Assembly: GCA_964016885.1 (NCBI GenBank)
Contig: OZ024740.1
Location: 121,458,001 to 121,522,000 of the forward strand
Length of the DNA: 64,000 nucleotides
Source: Eledone cirrhosa
Lineage: Eukaryota
Direction of reading: 5' to 3'
Part shown: piece by piece, positions 12,540 through 25,464 of the stretch
Layout: the number at the start of each line of letters is the position of its first letter
Numbering within the stretch: position 1 is the first letter of the stretch
Notes under the pieces: generated by a model
What the model was told of the DNA's origin: nothing
The model's database searches: none
Seen by the model: the letters and a program-made list of their open reading frames with translations, nothing else
Program-made: the position numbers and the translations under genes

Positions 12540-14059
12540 ATTGTTATACTTTGGGAGGGTCATGTTGCCAATAAGAAACACACGCACCAGTTGCTTTCAC
12601 TTCAATTTATTATATACTAGCAGTAAAGCCCGGCGTTGCTCGGGGTCGCTCAGTAGTTGTGTTAAAGTTACAATGTTAAGTTTCTTTCTTGGCTTAAAAA
12701 CTGTAGTGTCTACTGTGCAGACTTGCATGTGGTGTTTTTGATTAATATTCCCTCAACCAACAATATGCCTTATGAAGTTAAGAAAACATAACGATAACCC
12801 GAATGTTATAACAAAAGAAGATGCTGGGGATAGAAACTGCACTGGTTATTTATTAACAAAGATCGAAAATGTAAACACTGCAACGCAGAGAAAAACATTA
12901 GCGTAACCAAATTATCAGTTATGTCTGTCTGCACGCCTATATCACCTCTCTGCACGACTGTCTGTCTGCACGCCTATATCACCTCTCTGCACGACTCTCT
13001 GTCTGCACGCGTATATCACCTCTCTGCACGACTGTCTGTCTGCACGACTGTCTGTCTGCACGCCTAACGACGAAATATTTGCTTGTTTTACGTAGTCTTT
13101 AAATAGACTTGTTTTCAAGTAAAAATATTGTTTTAAAATGCTTTTAAATGGAAATGAAGCAAAACGGAAGCTTAGTGTTCGAACTGATGAATTTTGCAGG
13201 TCAATATTTTGCTGGCTCGACAACTGTTAATGTCATTTTAAACACTGAGAAAGCCAGCGTAATTTTTTACGTAAGACGCTCAATGTAAACAGAACAAAGG
13301 GAAATAACTGATCACTTACGCTCAAAAATCGATACATTATATTCGATTTCGTCACATAGGGTGGGTCAATTTGAAATTTTTTTTTCCGATGTCTTAGCTA
13401 GGGCTCACTGTACAAGTATAGCAATTTCGGTGCAATTCCGTCAGAGATTCTAAGAGGAGATGTGTGCCAAAAATCGATAGACAGACAGACAACCACAGTT
13501 TTATATATAAAGATTTATAAATTTATAAATTTACAAATCTACAAACTTATAAATTTCTGGTTGGTTGGTTGGTTCCACAACCAGATAGTTGTTTATATAT
13601 AGTCATAGTCCTTTCGTCACACACCCTGTGACCTCTTCAGTGACTGGGGATTCCTCTCTTTGTTTCTGTGCCTTTCCTTTCTTCTATCCTACGCCATTTT
13701 GTTTCTGTGTGTGTGTTGTGTGCTCAGTTTGCGCATGCGCCACATCCGGGTGTCTGTGTGTGTTTGTGTTCATTTATCTATTTGTTTATTTATTTATTTA
13801 TTTATTGTTGGTTGGTTGTTTGTTCTATGTGTGTGTGTGTTTTCATCTTGTCCTGTGTGTTTTTTCATTTTGTCCTGTGTGTGTTTTCATATTGTCCTTA
13901 ATTGTAAGTTGTCTGTTATATGTGTGTGTGTGTTTTCATTTTGTCCTTAATTGTAAGTGTGTTTCTTATTGGCAACATGACCCTCCCAAAGTATAACAAT
14001 ATCGGTTTCAACACAACGATTTCAGATAAAGAATCTTGCTAAACAAATTCAGAAACGAA

Positions 14060-14060
<1 letters not shown>
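12540..14060. mobile_element. Family A PLE pseudo-LTR fold-back, interrupted by a Helitron
   Basis: The minus arm matches 27174-27600. Short plus arm at 13959-14000 and tail at 14001-14060 match 31759-31860. HHR at 13601-13645 (-). Confidence 0.88.
12617..13513 (-). mobile_element. Non-autonomous Helitron
   Basis: Minus strand 5'-TC (13513) to hairpin CCCGAGCAACGCCGGG and CTAG-3' (12617). Inserted between A and T without a TSD. The empty site is visible at ~27250. Internal ~37-bp tandem repeats at 12922-13064. Confidence 0.9.
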
Positions 14061-14137
<77 letters not shown>

Positions 14138-14140
<3 letters not shown>

Positions 14141-16918
14141 AACAAGTATGACCCCGACGACAGAGCTCAAACCGTTTCGACGGCTAGCTCTGGACTAAAT
14201 AATAATGTTTAGCCTGTTAAATAAATGGCCGAACTTCTCAGAAGGTAATTCCTTATATGGGAAGATAGTAATTGTCAAAAGGATTGGTAAAAAATGTGTT
14301 CTAAAGACAGATTATTCTATCATGGCATTTGGTTTGAGGTAGGAGTAGCTGAACTTGCCGGTAGAACAAGGAGGGATTGGTGGAAACCCAGTCAAGCGTT
14401 GAAATTGAAATCCATACAGAAAATTCTAACGATAGTGTATAGAAGGTCGAAACAATTTTAGTGGAGAAGGGGCGAGGGGGGGGGGGTTCAAATAATAAGT
14501 AAATCGAAAGGGAGTAAAGAAAAAAACCATATTAAAAATAAGGAAATTTATATATAAAAAACTATTTATGGTTACTACTCCATTTGCACAATCACCAAAT
14601 CTCTCATTGGTATTGCTAAGCTATAGAACAGTTTAGTAGGTGGAGAAAATTACTAAATACGAGATTGTAGTGAAAGAATGTTATAAAGCCGTATTTACAG
14701 GGGTTCTAACACCACTGCTATAGTTAGTTAGTAATCAGCCAATGCTATCTTACAATGGCAGGTTAATAAGTTGAGAACAAAAATATTAAAATACTACTAC
14801 AAAAATACTAATACGAACTATTATTTCAGAATACTAATACAGAAATACTGATACAACAGTACTAATACAAAAATTCCACTAAGAAATTTCGAAATCGCAG
14901 AAATGGAGCAGCAACCAGAAAGAAAACAATTTACTGGGGTCTAACACATCTGCTATAAAAAGCGTAATCGGCCAATTCTATCTTCACATTAGGGGGGTAG
15001 AGGTACTGAGGTTACAAAGGACCGATGGGCTGCATCGGGGTAGGCGAAAAGATGAAAAAAAGACAAGGAAGGAGATCTGGGGTGGAAGGATTAGGAAGAG
15101 ATGGGGGAAATAAATAAATATAGAGGAAAAGATAAAACGTTACGTCTACCTTTGTAAGCAGGTGTTACCCGTTACAAAATCGGTAACTGGGGTGTTTCAG
15201 CCCCTGTCTACCCCCCCCCCCCCCCCGGGTCGTTATGTGGTTTGAGGGCTTGATAAGTCCTACGCAATATGTGTGTGCATGCAGTTACCAGTTCGTCTTT
15301 CTTGTTTAGGAGTTGGTACTTCGAAAACAGCATTTGTAATGTTTCCTCCGAGCATAAGTTACACGGACGGCGTCCTCCCGTGTAAGTGTTAGCTCTGAAA
15401 ATAAGCTCCAAGTGAGATTGTAGGGTATATTATTATCTTTCAGGTCCCAGGTATGGCCCGAAAGTGTAGTGGCATGACGCCGGGCCAGGTTTCGGAAAGT
15501 ATGTCGGTGTAGGTAGAGCTTGGTCTTGAAGTCACAAGCAGTTAATCCTATATAAGTTTTGTTGGGGGTATCCGTCCTCACGTTGCACTGGTAGATCACA
15601 TTACGATCTCGGCATCTGTTGTTGAGGGAACAAGGGATCTATCAGCCCAGTTAAACCTCCTGGTCGGCTCTCCATTGCTGTCTATGTTATTTCTTCCATA
15701 GGGGTTGAGTTTTTTGTTGTTAGAGGAGACGATGTTTTGTGTGAAGTTAGGTGTGGTACTCTAGGAGAATTTGATGGTATTTGTGTTGATTACATTGTGG
15801 TAGCTGTGTTGTAGTGGGAAGTGTTTTTCGATGAACCTAAAGAAGTTTTTCCCGGTAGGTGTTGTCACCTCGGCATTGTGGAGAGGATTGAACCACGTTA
15901 CGTTGCTCGAGCGGCGGTGTCGCCTGCTGGTTCCGCTAATGGAAGCTGGATAATAGGATATTTTCTCACGGAAGCCATTCCGCTTGAGGGCCTGATTGTA
16001 ATAAGGCGCATGTTTGTTGAATATCTGCTCATTAGCGGACAAACGAGATATGCGGAGGGAGATGTTTTTAACCAAGTTATTGGTGATGTTTCTAGGATGG
16101 TTCGAACGGCGGTGGATGTAATGCAATTTGTCGTTTGGTTTCCTGTCTGGGTAGTACAGATCATTATCGAGGTTAAGGGTAACGTCCAGGAAGTTTACTC
16201 GGGTTAGGGACGTTTGTAGGATTATTTTAAATCCTCAGTCGCGGAAGAAGCTGATTAATTGTTTACGGACCCAGTCTGTACTACTGGGGTTGTACCCTTT
16301 GAGGGTAAGGACCCATCATCACGGTACAATCCACCGCCGAATGCAGGAAACATTTCGGTGCGTTTAAATAGTAGGAATAACTCTATAAGATCTGTGACCG
16401 CAGCCGAATCCGTCGCGCTCATACTGACGTCGAAGGGGGATTCAGGAGCTCTCTCTATTCATTTGGAGTTGTCGAAGAGTAGGACTGTCTTCCTGGCGTG
16501 GAGGATGACATTTATTTCCTGGTCGATGAATTTCGTGAGTGTTTCGGCAAAGTCCAAGGCGGCCGTAAAGAGCGGGGAGGTAATTGATGCGTAGTAACGC
16601 TCTATGGTAAACCGGCACGTTCAGCTACCACTACCTCCCACTAAATGCCATGATATAATCATGGCTTTACAAAAAATTATTTGACCAATCCTTTTGACAA
16701 TTACTATATTCCCATATAAGAAATAACCCCCTGAGAATTTCGGCTATTTATTTACCAGTCTAAAAAATTCTTATTCAGTCCATAATTTGCCCTCGAAATT
16801 TGCCCTTGAGCTCTGCCGTCGGGGTCATACTTGTTCCTATTACCCACTCTACTACCAGAAGTATTGAGTACTTTGGTTCGTTATGGTCAACCTGGTTCCT
16901 TACCACATTTCCTTCGTT
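14138..16918 (-). mobile_element. 5'-truncated PLE (Hydra-like) with inverted tail-bearing arm
   Basis: Minus strand RT GLYRDDG (~16310-16333), YIHRRSNHP, TWFNP, and endonuclease IYQC...YIGLTACDFK...CNLCSEE. 14138-14362 is inverted at 16611-16839. Tail at 16840-16918. Confidence 0.88.
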
Positions 16919-17509
16919 ATATATATATATATATATATATAATTAATACAATAACAGAGATAGTTTAATGCTAAACTCTAACTGGTAACCATCTCTCTCA
17001 ACAAACATTAGGTTATATTTAAATATAAACCCAATTTAAGTGTTTGGGGTGCTAACAATATGTATAATGTGGAAAATCCAGTTGTATTATTTTATGAGAT
17101 ATAATTAAAGTTAAAGTATATCTCTCTTTCCAAACAATTGTTTCATTATAAGTGTTCTACAAGTTGGGAGAATATTTCCAATTTATGTAGAAGCCTAATA
17201 TATATTCATGTAAGAATATATTTAGGTGGGCACTTATAAATCATCAGTGGACGCCCGTTAAACTTTGATACAAGAAAATAATTTATTACCGCTGTCAAAA
17301 ATCGTGTCTGTAAAGTCGCTCCCTCTCGCCTCGAATGACCGCCAAATTTGAAATTCCAGCAGTTTTTGACTGAGGAAGTATCATAGCGACACGAAGCGGG
17401 AAGGGGAGACAACCCACGATCCACGAAATGAGGAAAAAAATAATAATATACACGCGGGTTAATTAGTTTTTTTGAAAACATTATCAATCCAACGTGTTAT
17501 ATATATATA

Positions 17510-18787
17510 AAGGATAACAAAATATCGTTATAGGTAATCCAATTAAAGGTTGCGAATACTTCTTATTATGGATAGGTTTAGTGTACGGTATTGCTTGACT
17601 CAAAAAGAGGTTTACGTAGAGGACGAGTTTATGATTTCACTTGTATTCATATCTATGTTTATCTTGGAGTAATAAACTCTATGATTAACAGGAATCTCTC
17701 AAAGACAACGACTCTCGCCAATAAAATCTGGCAACTCAAAGATGCCAACATGGAATATAAAATCAGCTGGACAAAGCTATCAAATTGGTATTGCCCACTG
17801 TGGTCTCTGTATTATGAAGCTATTCCAAATTTTAAATTACAACAAAATTCTTCTTAACAGTAAAATTGAAAAAAATATTTTTTGTCATCATAAATCGGCG
17901 ACTGAATTTGAGAATTTTAGACCAGCTTAATTCCATCTCATCTATTCCATAACCCAGAGTGTACCACTTGGATCTATTATGATATGACATTATCAACATC
18001 ATCATCATTATAATTATAATTATAATTATCATCATCTATCAAAGAACAACATCAAAACCTCTTATATTTACATTCTTATTTTATATATCTCTATTTTTCA
18101 CTCTTTATCTTAATATTTCTCTCCCAAAATTTATTCCATCTCTGTCATTTTATTTTATCATATAATATAACTTAAAACTAATTAATTAATTTATTTATTA
18201 AAATAACCAATACTCACATAAATATATTTAACATTATCATATTTTCAAAGTTTTTTCATATATTTTTTATATATATATTTTTATTTTTATTTACATTTAT
18301 ACATGCATTAACGTTTATTCATCTATTTGTCCCTATATTCTTCTCTCTATCCTACGTTATTCTACTTATGTTTGTCTCTCCTTTATCTGCCATCATCTTA
18401 TATATATCTTCCTCTCTTTATATTTCTATCTATAATAATTCCTCCTTTTCTTCTTTCTCTTTTTCTTTTCCCTTCTTCTTCTTTCTCCTCCCTTTCCTTT
18501 CTTTCTTTATTGTATCTATCTCCCTTTCTTCCTCTTTTTTTTCTATATATTTATTATTAATATTATTATTGATGATGTAATTTGATTTTGTAATTTTGCC
18601 GTTACATATATATATATTTTTAACAGTTTCTGAAGATCTAATAGAGTTAACATCGTATTTAAAATTGAGTGGCATTGTTATTAATGTTCAGCAATTTTTA
18701 GACATCTCAATCAGTGAAACAATTGTTAGAATGCAAATGAATCCCCTTTTTTGTACTGTTGACCATGTTATGCTCCACTTTTTCAAT
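17510..18787 (+). mobile_element. PLE 3' fragment (endonuclease C-terminus, 3' UTR, HHR) joined to an inverted tail; same family as 41856-44420
   Basis: TTLANKIWQLKDANMEYKISWTKL...CGLC...LLNSKIE. Long-stem-II HHR at 18623-18733. 17510-17676 matches 41856-42022. Confidence 0.8.
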
Positions 18788-19202
18788 TATATATATATAT
18801 ATATATATATATGAGTACAGTGAATTTTTTGAAATTTATTTTGAAACTTTTTCTTATTTGCTAAACCTTGATTATATATGTTCTGGCTCGTTAATTTATT
18901 AACCTGCCATTGAACCACATTGGCATATGGTTGGACAATACATGTGTCCCTGGACGCTTTTTGCATGTAAGGATATATACTTTATTATTAATATTCTCCT
19001 CTTGGACGAGATAAAATTTGGTCGTTTTGACTGCTGCTAATTATAGTGGTAGTAGCCTGACGTCCCTGCCTCTGCTTCTATCTTTACACACGGCACTGGA
19101 CAGCATTGCTTCCACATCATTCGTTCTCATCTCGGGAACAATTTTGAATAGCGCCAGTTCGTAATTTGAACTCGGGAATTTTATATTCTCCGAGTGAAAA
19201 GA

Positions 19203-19289
19203 ACCTTCTGACGAGAGTTTATCTTTTCAATGGGAGGCCGCAATGACTGTCCATTTATTTTTGAGACTCGAAACCGATTCGGTAAAGGT
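19203..19289 (+). ncRNA. Type I HHR, intact core
   Basis: ACCTT-CTGACGA-GAGT...ACTC-GAAAC-CGattCG-GTA-AAGGT. Confidence 0.92.
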
Positions 19290-19688
19290 AACCATAGTGA
19301 GTACAGTGAATATTTTGAAATTTATTTTGAAACTTTTTTTTATTTGCTAAACCTTGATTATATTTGTTCTGGCTCGTTAATTTATTAACCTGCCATTGAA
19401 CCACATTGGCATATGGTTGGACAATACATATCTCCCTGGACGCTTTTTGCGTGTAGGGATATATACTTTATTATTATTATTCTCCTCTTGGTCGAGATAA
19501 AATATGGTCCTTTTGACTGCTGCTATTTATAGTGGTAGTAGACTGAAGTCCCTGCCTCTGCTTCGATCTTTACACATGGCACTGGACAGAATTGCTCCCA
19601 CATCATTCATTCTCATCTCGGGAAATATTTTGAATAGCGCCAGTTCGTAATTTGAACTCGGGAATTTTATATTCTCCGAGTGAAAAGA

Positions 19689-19775
19689 ATCTTCTGACGA
19701 GAGTTTATCTTTTTAATGGAAGGCCGCAATCACTGTCCATTTATTTTTGAGACGCGAAACCGATTCGGTAAAAGT
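19689..19775 (+). ncRNA. Type I HHR, second unit
   Basis: ATCTT-CTGACGA-GAGT...ACGC-GAAAC-CGattCG-GTA-AAAGT. Core intact, stems with mismatches. Confidence 0.85.
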
Positions 19776-20029
19776 AACCATAGTGAGTACAGTGAATTTT
19801 CTGAAATTTATTTTGAAACTTTTTCTTATTTGCTAAACCTTGATTATATATATATATATATATACTTGGCGTGGCAATAAAGTAGGCTGTGTGTCATATA
19901 TAGCAGTAAATGTTATTAATATTATTTGGAACTTGAACTTTGTAGTACGCGTATTATATTGTGTATGAATGCTGAATTTTGACAGGTTTATGCATAATTG
20001 TTTTGCTCTCGGTCTTCTGAGTTTCTAAT

Positions 20030-20145
20030 ACACTCATCGAACTGCTCAATCCATGAAAAAACTTTTCTAGCGGAGTAGAGTGTCAATGATCAAACAAATG
20101 CCCTATAGTCCCGACATAAATTCTTGCTATATTTAGGTGTTCTAA
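20030..20145 (+). pseudogene. Tc1/mariner transposase relic
   Basis: Translates to HRTAQS...QMPYSPDINSCYI*VF, resembling the PYSPDL motif. Confidence 0.45.
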
Positions 20146-20498
20146 TTATCAAAATAACTTCTATGAAAATTGTCTCACTCGCACGGAAGCGTCTCTGGCA
20201 GGTTTTTCTATATATAGAAATATGTTTGTGTATCTTATAATGATATTAGTACTAATAGTAATAATAATAATTTGCTCATTTAAATCAGTGTTTAAAGAGT
20301 GTAGTACTTAACTGATATTTCACTATAACGACTCCGTAAGGTTTATCGTAAACCTCATCGTATTTTGAACTGGGGTAGTGATTCTGGTAATTCAACGCTG
20401 TTCAAATTGTGTTACTATACCGAGGAGTTAGTTGATCGACGATTCGAAAAACACTATGTCTTTCACGAGTGAGCACTGGACACGCAATCATATTAACA

Positions 20499-20610
20499 TT
20501 CAAATCCCGCCGAGGTTAACTTTGCCTTTCATCCTTACGGGGGTCGATAAAATAATGTGCCAGTAATACACTGGGATAATTGCTGGCCTTGTGCCTAAAG
20601 TAGAAACAAT
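20499..20610 (+). mobile_element. tRNA-derived SINE, 5'-truncated
   Basis: Matches the 3' part of the copies at 37022, 38193, 43543 and 61288. Confidence 0.85.
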
Positions 20611-23178
20611 TATAAATCTAGCTTATATGATTTTTAAATAGTTATCTTTATCAATAACTTAATGTCACCTCTTGTAGTTAACTTTCCATTTTGAATTGTT
20701 ATTTTATTAGCAATTTTGGCATGGCAACTCTTTAATAGCTACCATTATAATTTGGCCTACAAGTACGAATTTAAATTTCAAATTATAATGCATTTATTGT
20801 TTTGTAACTATTAATGATTTTCCAATCCAATCAAAGGCTTTCACACACCTAATGGAGGAGCTTTTCCATAGTGATCACCACCGCTTTCTCTTCGGTTTTT
20901 ATCATGTCAAGTTTGTAACCGTACTCCTTACGCTTTGCCATTTGAGGGTTGTTCAGGATATTTAACAAATAGTTGTGGTTGGCTCTTGTCTCTGCAAAGA
21001 TCATCTGCCCTTTTCACAACTGTCTTTTTTGTGCTGCTGAGCTACCATTTAATCCAGTACAACCTGATTCATGGCCCTGTGGTTGGCTACCACTCGACCA
21101 TGAAGCAGTATGTACAGCGTTACTGAGTTATATGGTACTATTTGTAGTTAGAATCTTCAGCTAAACTGAATAAGGAATTTAGTTGAGGTAGAATTAAAAA
21201 ACATGATGTTCAAACTGTCGTACTGTTGTTGAAGTTATTGTTTGTATCAACGGTCCAGACATGATCTTGTAGTCATAGTAATTTGCATACCATTTACAAC
21301 CTTTACAGTGTGCATCATTAATGTAGATCTCTGGCAGATTCAGTGTGACATAATGTGTGACTAGACTGGCCCCAAGAATTACAAACAAACTTCATATTTG
21401 TCAGCTGTGTGAACTGGAGATACTCAAGGTACCATGTCATCCTGAATTACACACAGTGTATTTACGACTGCATTATCCAATGTAAGACTAAACAAAATAA
21501 TTTGGTTTGGTTTCAGTGAAATTGCATTGTTTAAGTTAGATTCTGCAGCTAATTAGACGAGCGTATACCGTTTAGGATTAATTAGCTCGTATTTGTTGCT
21601 CTCCATGTTTTATATTTTAATTCCGTTGCGGTTAATTATCCCATTCATCTTTTTGACAGCGGTGAATAAGCAGAATTTTTAAATAATCAAAGAGCATTGA
21701 ATTCTATCCCACCCCATTACATAGGAAAAGAAACATTGAAGTCTCCATCGAAGGTTGTGACAGGTAGATAGTATTAACAATGGGAAGAAAAATCATCGGA
21801 GAGTTGGAGATGACAAGGACGATGATTTCTTGAATGGTGTAAAGTGAGGGTAAAAAGAATGAAAACTGAATCGAGTACTAAGTCCGCTAGATATCCATAA
21901 ATACAGCAGTTATGAAATGGTAAACTTATTCCTGTCAGATTCTAGATATTTTAGGATCACAATTTATTAGCAACGATAGTGTAATATGGTTGCTTCATTT
22001 AAGTTTATAATCTATATTCTAACTGCATAGCTTACTGGAGCAACTATGATCGAGTAAATACTAATACATTTTTGTGTCAATTAAAATCAAATTAGATGCC
22101 GTAAAACATTTTATTTTATTTTATTTTATTTTATAGCATGCTTCTTCACTAATATTTCCATGTTACACAGGATATTTCTTAGTAATTCATTCTGTAAATA
22201 TATTAAAATTAAAACACAAAAAATTCATTGAAAAAAAAATATATATGACTGAAAATATATTATAGATTGGTCTGTGCTCTCTTGTGTTCACAATAAATTT
22301 GATGGAGATACTACAGGTAACCACTAGCAAGGATATCTCATCCAAATAACTCTTGCTTCCTTCTTAGGTAAATATATTGGCCATATTAGATAACCTAATG
22401 TTATATGAGCAATGTGCAACAAAATTAGTGGGGGTTCTGGTAAGATTACCGACGCTGTCTTTACAAATACAGTTTAGTTTATACTTCAGAGATCTAATTA
22501 AAAGGTACAAATGATTGGGCCAACATCGGATTCGGATTATTGATATTTTTTTTGTTCAGTGTGATATTTCTTAGTATAACAATCTAGGAGCAAAGTGTTA
22601 TATCCAATAAAACACTTCTTTATTGTTATGATCTTCCTTCGCCAATAGAAAAGACTGGCAACCGTTGAAATTTATTACAATTTGATAATATGCAAGGAAG
22701 TGGTTGCTGGCTGGTTAATCGCTCTGTTGTTTATTCAAGAACTTCCTGTGTAATCCGATATATTAGCTTTCATAAACTTTCCTACGCATAAACGATTTCC
22801 GTGCCAAATATCGATTTTTCAACAAGGAAAAAATAGTGACAAGGCATCGCAAACCAAGGAATCAGTTGATGAGTGGCTTTAGAATTACAGTTCATGCTAT
22901 ACAGCTTATGAACCAGATGACGTTGCTGACGCACCTATCGACATCATTACTTGCGAAGTTTTATCAGGGAAGAGGGCAATATATCGTGTAAACACGGATT
23001 ACATAATCTGACATAATTGAATATGATAAATATCTCAGATGTACACTTGTGCGTCAGGTAATAAAAAATCTCTCACGAAATCTTCCTCTATAATCACACT
23101 GTCCGGTGCAGGAATTATCTCGATTTTCTCTTCTGATATTATGTTGCTAGTGCACATATGCATAGACATACATCATAC

Positions 23179-23246
<68 letters not shown>

Positions 23247-23524
23247 AATTAATAAAAACAATGAAAAAAAATAATGAACAAGTTCCTTATATTAAACATT
23301 CATCATTTTACGATCGTTTCTGGGATGTATATGTGTGTTGGTATGTATATCATGTTTAAAATCTATGTAAAAATATTACAAATTATCAGAGGAAATCTAC
23401 ATACCTTCACATATAGATGCCGTCCTCAGAAATATATATATATATGTCTTCAAATTTATTATTATTACTATATATATATATTTTTTTTTATTTTTTATTT
23501 TTTGTTTATATATATAGAATAGAA

Positions 23525-23681
23525 AAGGAAAAATCAGTGATGCATCTGAACTCAGTTTATTGTGTGTTACAATTCTTTCGCCGGCGGACAGCTCGAGACA
23601 CGATCATTGTGTGGATCTGTCTGATTCTGGACCCGCAGGTTCGACGGACACGTCTAATGATCTCTGAGCATATTCTGTCTT

Positions 23682-23751
<70 letters not shown>

Positions 23752-23980
23752 GTTATGCATAGTGGTAGCTATGGTGCTTCCATAGGCGGGATGCCAAAAT
23801 TAGCAATCGATATTCATTAGAGTAGATTGTAGATAACATAAAGGAAACGAAAAATCTGTGATGCATCTGGACTTAGTTTATTTCGTGTTACAAATGTTTC
23901 GCCGGCATGTAGCTCGAGTCATCGTCCTTGTATGGATCTGGCTGATTCTATTTCTGCGGGTTCTTTCAGACACGGGTGTC
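23525..23980 (-). mobile_element. Two diverged copies of an HHR-bearing pseudo-LTR end (family also at 56670-56915)
   Basis: 23531-23653 resembles 23850-23980. Tail 23762-23845 resembles 56672-56745. Confidence 0.65.
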
Positions 23981-23981
23981 T

Positions 23982-24058
<77 letters not shown>

Positions 24059-25330
24059 CATTGCATGTTTGAAGAATACTTAGATAAAATATATCTAGTC
24101 TTGCTTCATCCTAGTCCGCAGAAATCAGGCAGATAAATAATCATTTAATAGAGGCTATAAGTTTAAAATGTAACTTTGATTAAATAATAGACAAATCATA
24201 CAGACTATTTTCCGCGAGGAACACTCAGATAAAATATATCTAGTCATTCCTTTCAGCCCTTAGAAATTAAGTAGACAAATAATCAATTAAACGGAGCTAA
24301 GTCTAAAATATAAGTTAGAAGAAAAAATTAATATAAACTTTACCAAAATTCCTGTAGTTCCAACTGTAGACAGTTTCGCTCGCACTTTGTGGATATATCC
24401 GATCCTAGTATTATCCATGAGGCTTCGAGCTTATGAAGGGACCACTCAGGTTTGGACTAAAATGCTCACAGTGATAACCGCCAGAAAGGAATTCAAAAAT
24501 GGCTAAGAGTCATCACGTGGCTAGTGGTTAAATTAGAAGGTTGTGAATGGTGGCCAGGCGGCAGGTAGGCTGGCTGCTAGAAAGCGCAGCCAGATACTGC
24601 CTAAAGTTTTACTCTACCGTACGGGAGTATATATTAAATTCAAAGGGATGCATGTATAAATTTAGACATATATATATAGACATAGTCACAGATACATCTA
24701 TGAGTGTGGCTACCTTTCACGGTGTCGTTCCATGAATAATGTTTGAATTCATTTCTGGCGGTGATCACTGCGGAAATTTTACTCAAAACCTGAGGGGTCT
24801 CTAGATGAGCTTGAAGCGTAATGGATAATACCAGGATCGGATATATCCACAAAGTGCGAGCGAAACAGTCGACAGACATGAGTAGAGGAATTTTGGTAAA
24901 GATTATATGCATGTTTTCTTCTAACTTATATTTTAGACTTAGCTTCGTTTAATTGATTATTTGTCTAGTTAATTTCTACGGGCTAAGAGGAATGACTAGA
25001 TACATTTTATCTGACTGTTCCTCGCGGAAAATAGTCTGTATCATTTGTCTATTATTTCTTCGTAGATACATTTTAAACTTCTAGCCTCGTTTAAATGCTT
25101 ATTTATCTACTTTATTTCTACGGACTAGGTTGAAGAAAGAGTGGATATATTTTATCTAATAATTCTTAAAACTAGCAATTTTATATATAGCTCTAATTAA
25201 TAATTATTTGCTTAATTAAATTTTTCATTGAGCCACACCGTGAAAGGTAGCCACACTCATATATGTACATGTGACTATATCTAAATATATGTCTAAATAT
25301 ATACATATATCCCTATGAATTTAATATAAA
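24059..25330. repeat. Old nested inverted repeat, probably a PLE pseudo-LTR fold-back
   Basis: 24059-24498 is inverted at ~24742-25180, and 24630-24725 is inverted at 25235-25328. GAAACAGTC at ~24862. Confidence 0.6.
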
Positions 25331-25345
25331 TATATATATGTATAA

Positions 25346-25441
25346 TTGTTTCAACTTTTGACACAAGGCCAGCAATTACCCAGTACATTACTGGTACTTT
25401 ATTTTATCGACCCTGTAAGGATGAAAGCCAAAGTAGACCTA
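25346..25441 (-). mobile_element. SINE 3' fragment
   Basis: Matches the 3' half of the SINE family. Confidence 0.75.
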
Positions 25442-25464
25442 ATAATGTATATAGTATATATATA

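Larger units (their letters stand above)
18813..19845 (+). mobile_element. Tandem 486-bp non-coding repeat with one HHR per unit (retrozyme-like)
   Basis: Unit starts at 18813, 19299 and 19785. (TA)n flanks. No ORF of 60 aa or more inside it in the ORF track. Confidence 0.85.

Noticed and set aside
12922-13064. CRISPR-like or regular short repeats (also 440-720 and 45980-46207)
   Set aside because: Head-to-tail minisatellites without unique spacers, inside Helitrons in a eukaryotic context.
17286-21668. ACCGCTGTCAAAAA / TTTTTGACAGCGGT as transposon TIRs
   Set aside because: Only ~14-19 bp match, with no TSD or clear termini.
20860-23030. Possible host exons or transposase relic
   Set aside because: Stops in the frames read, no recognisable domain and no convincing splice structure.
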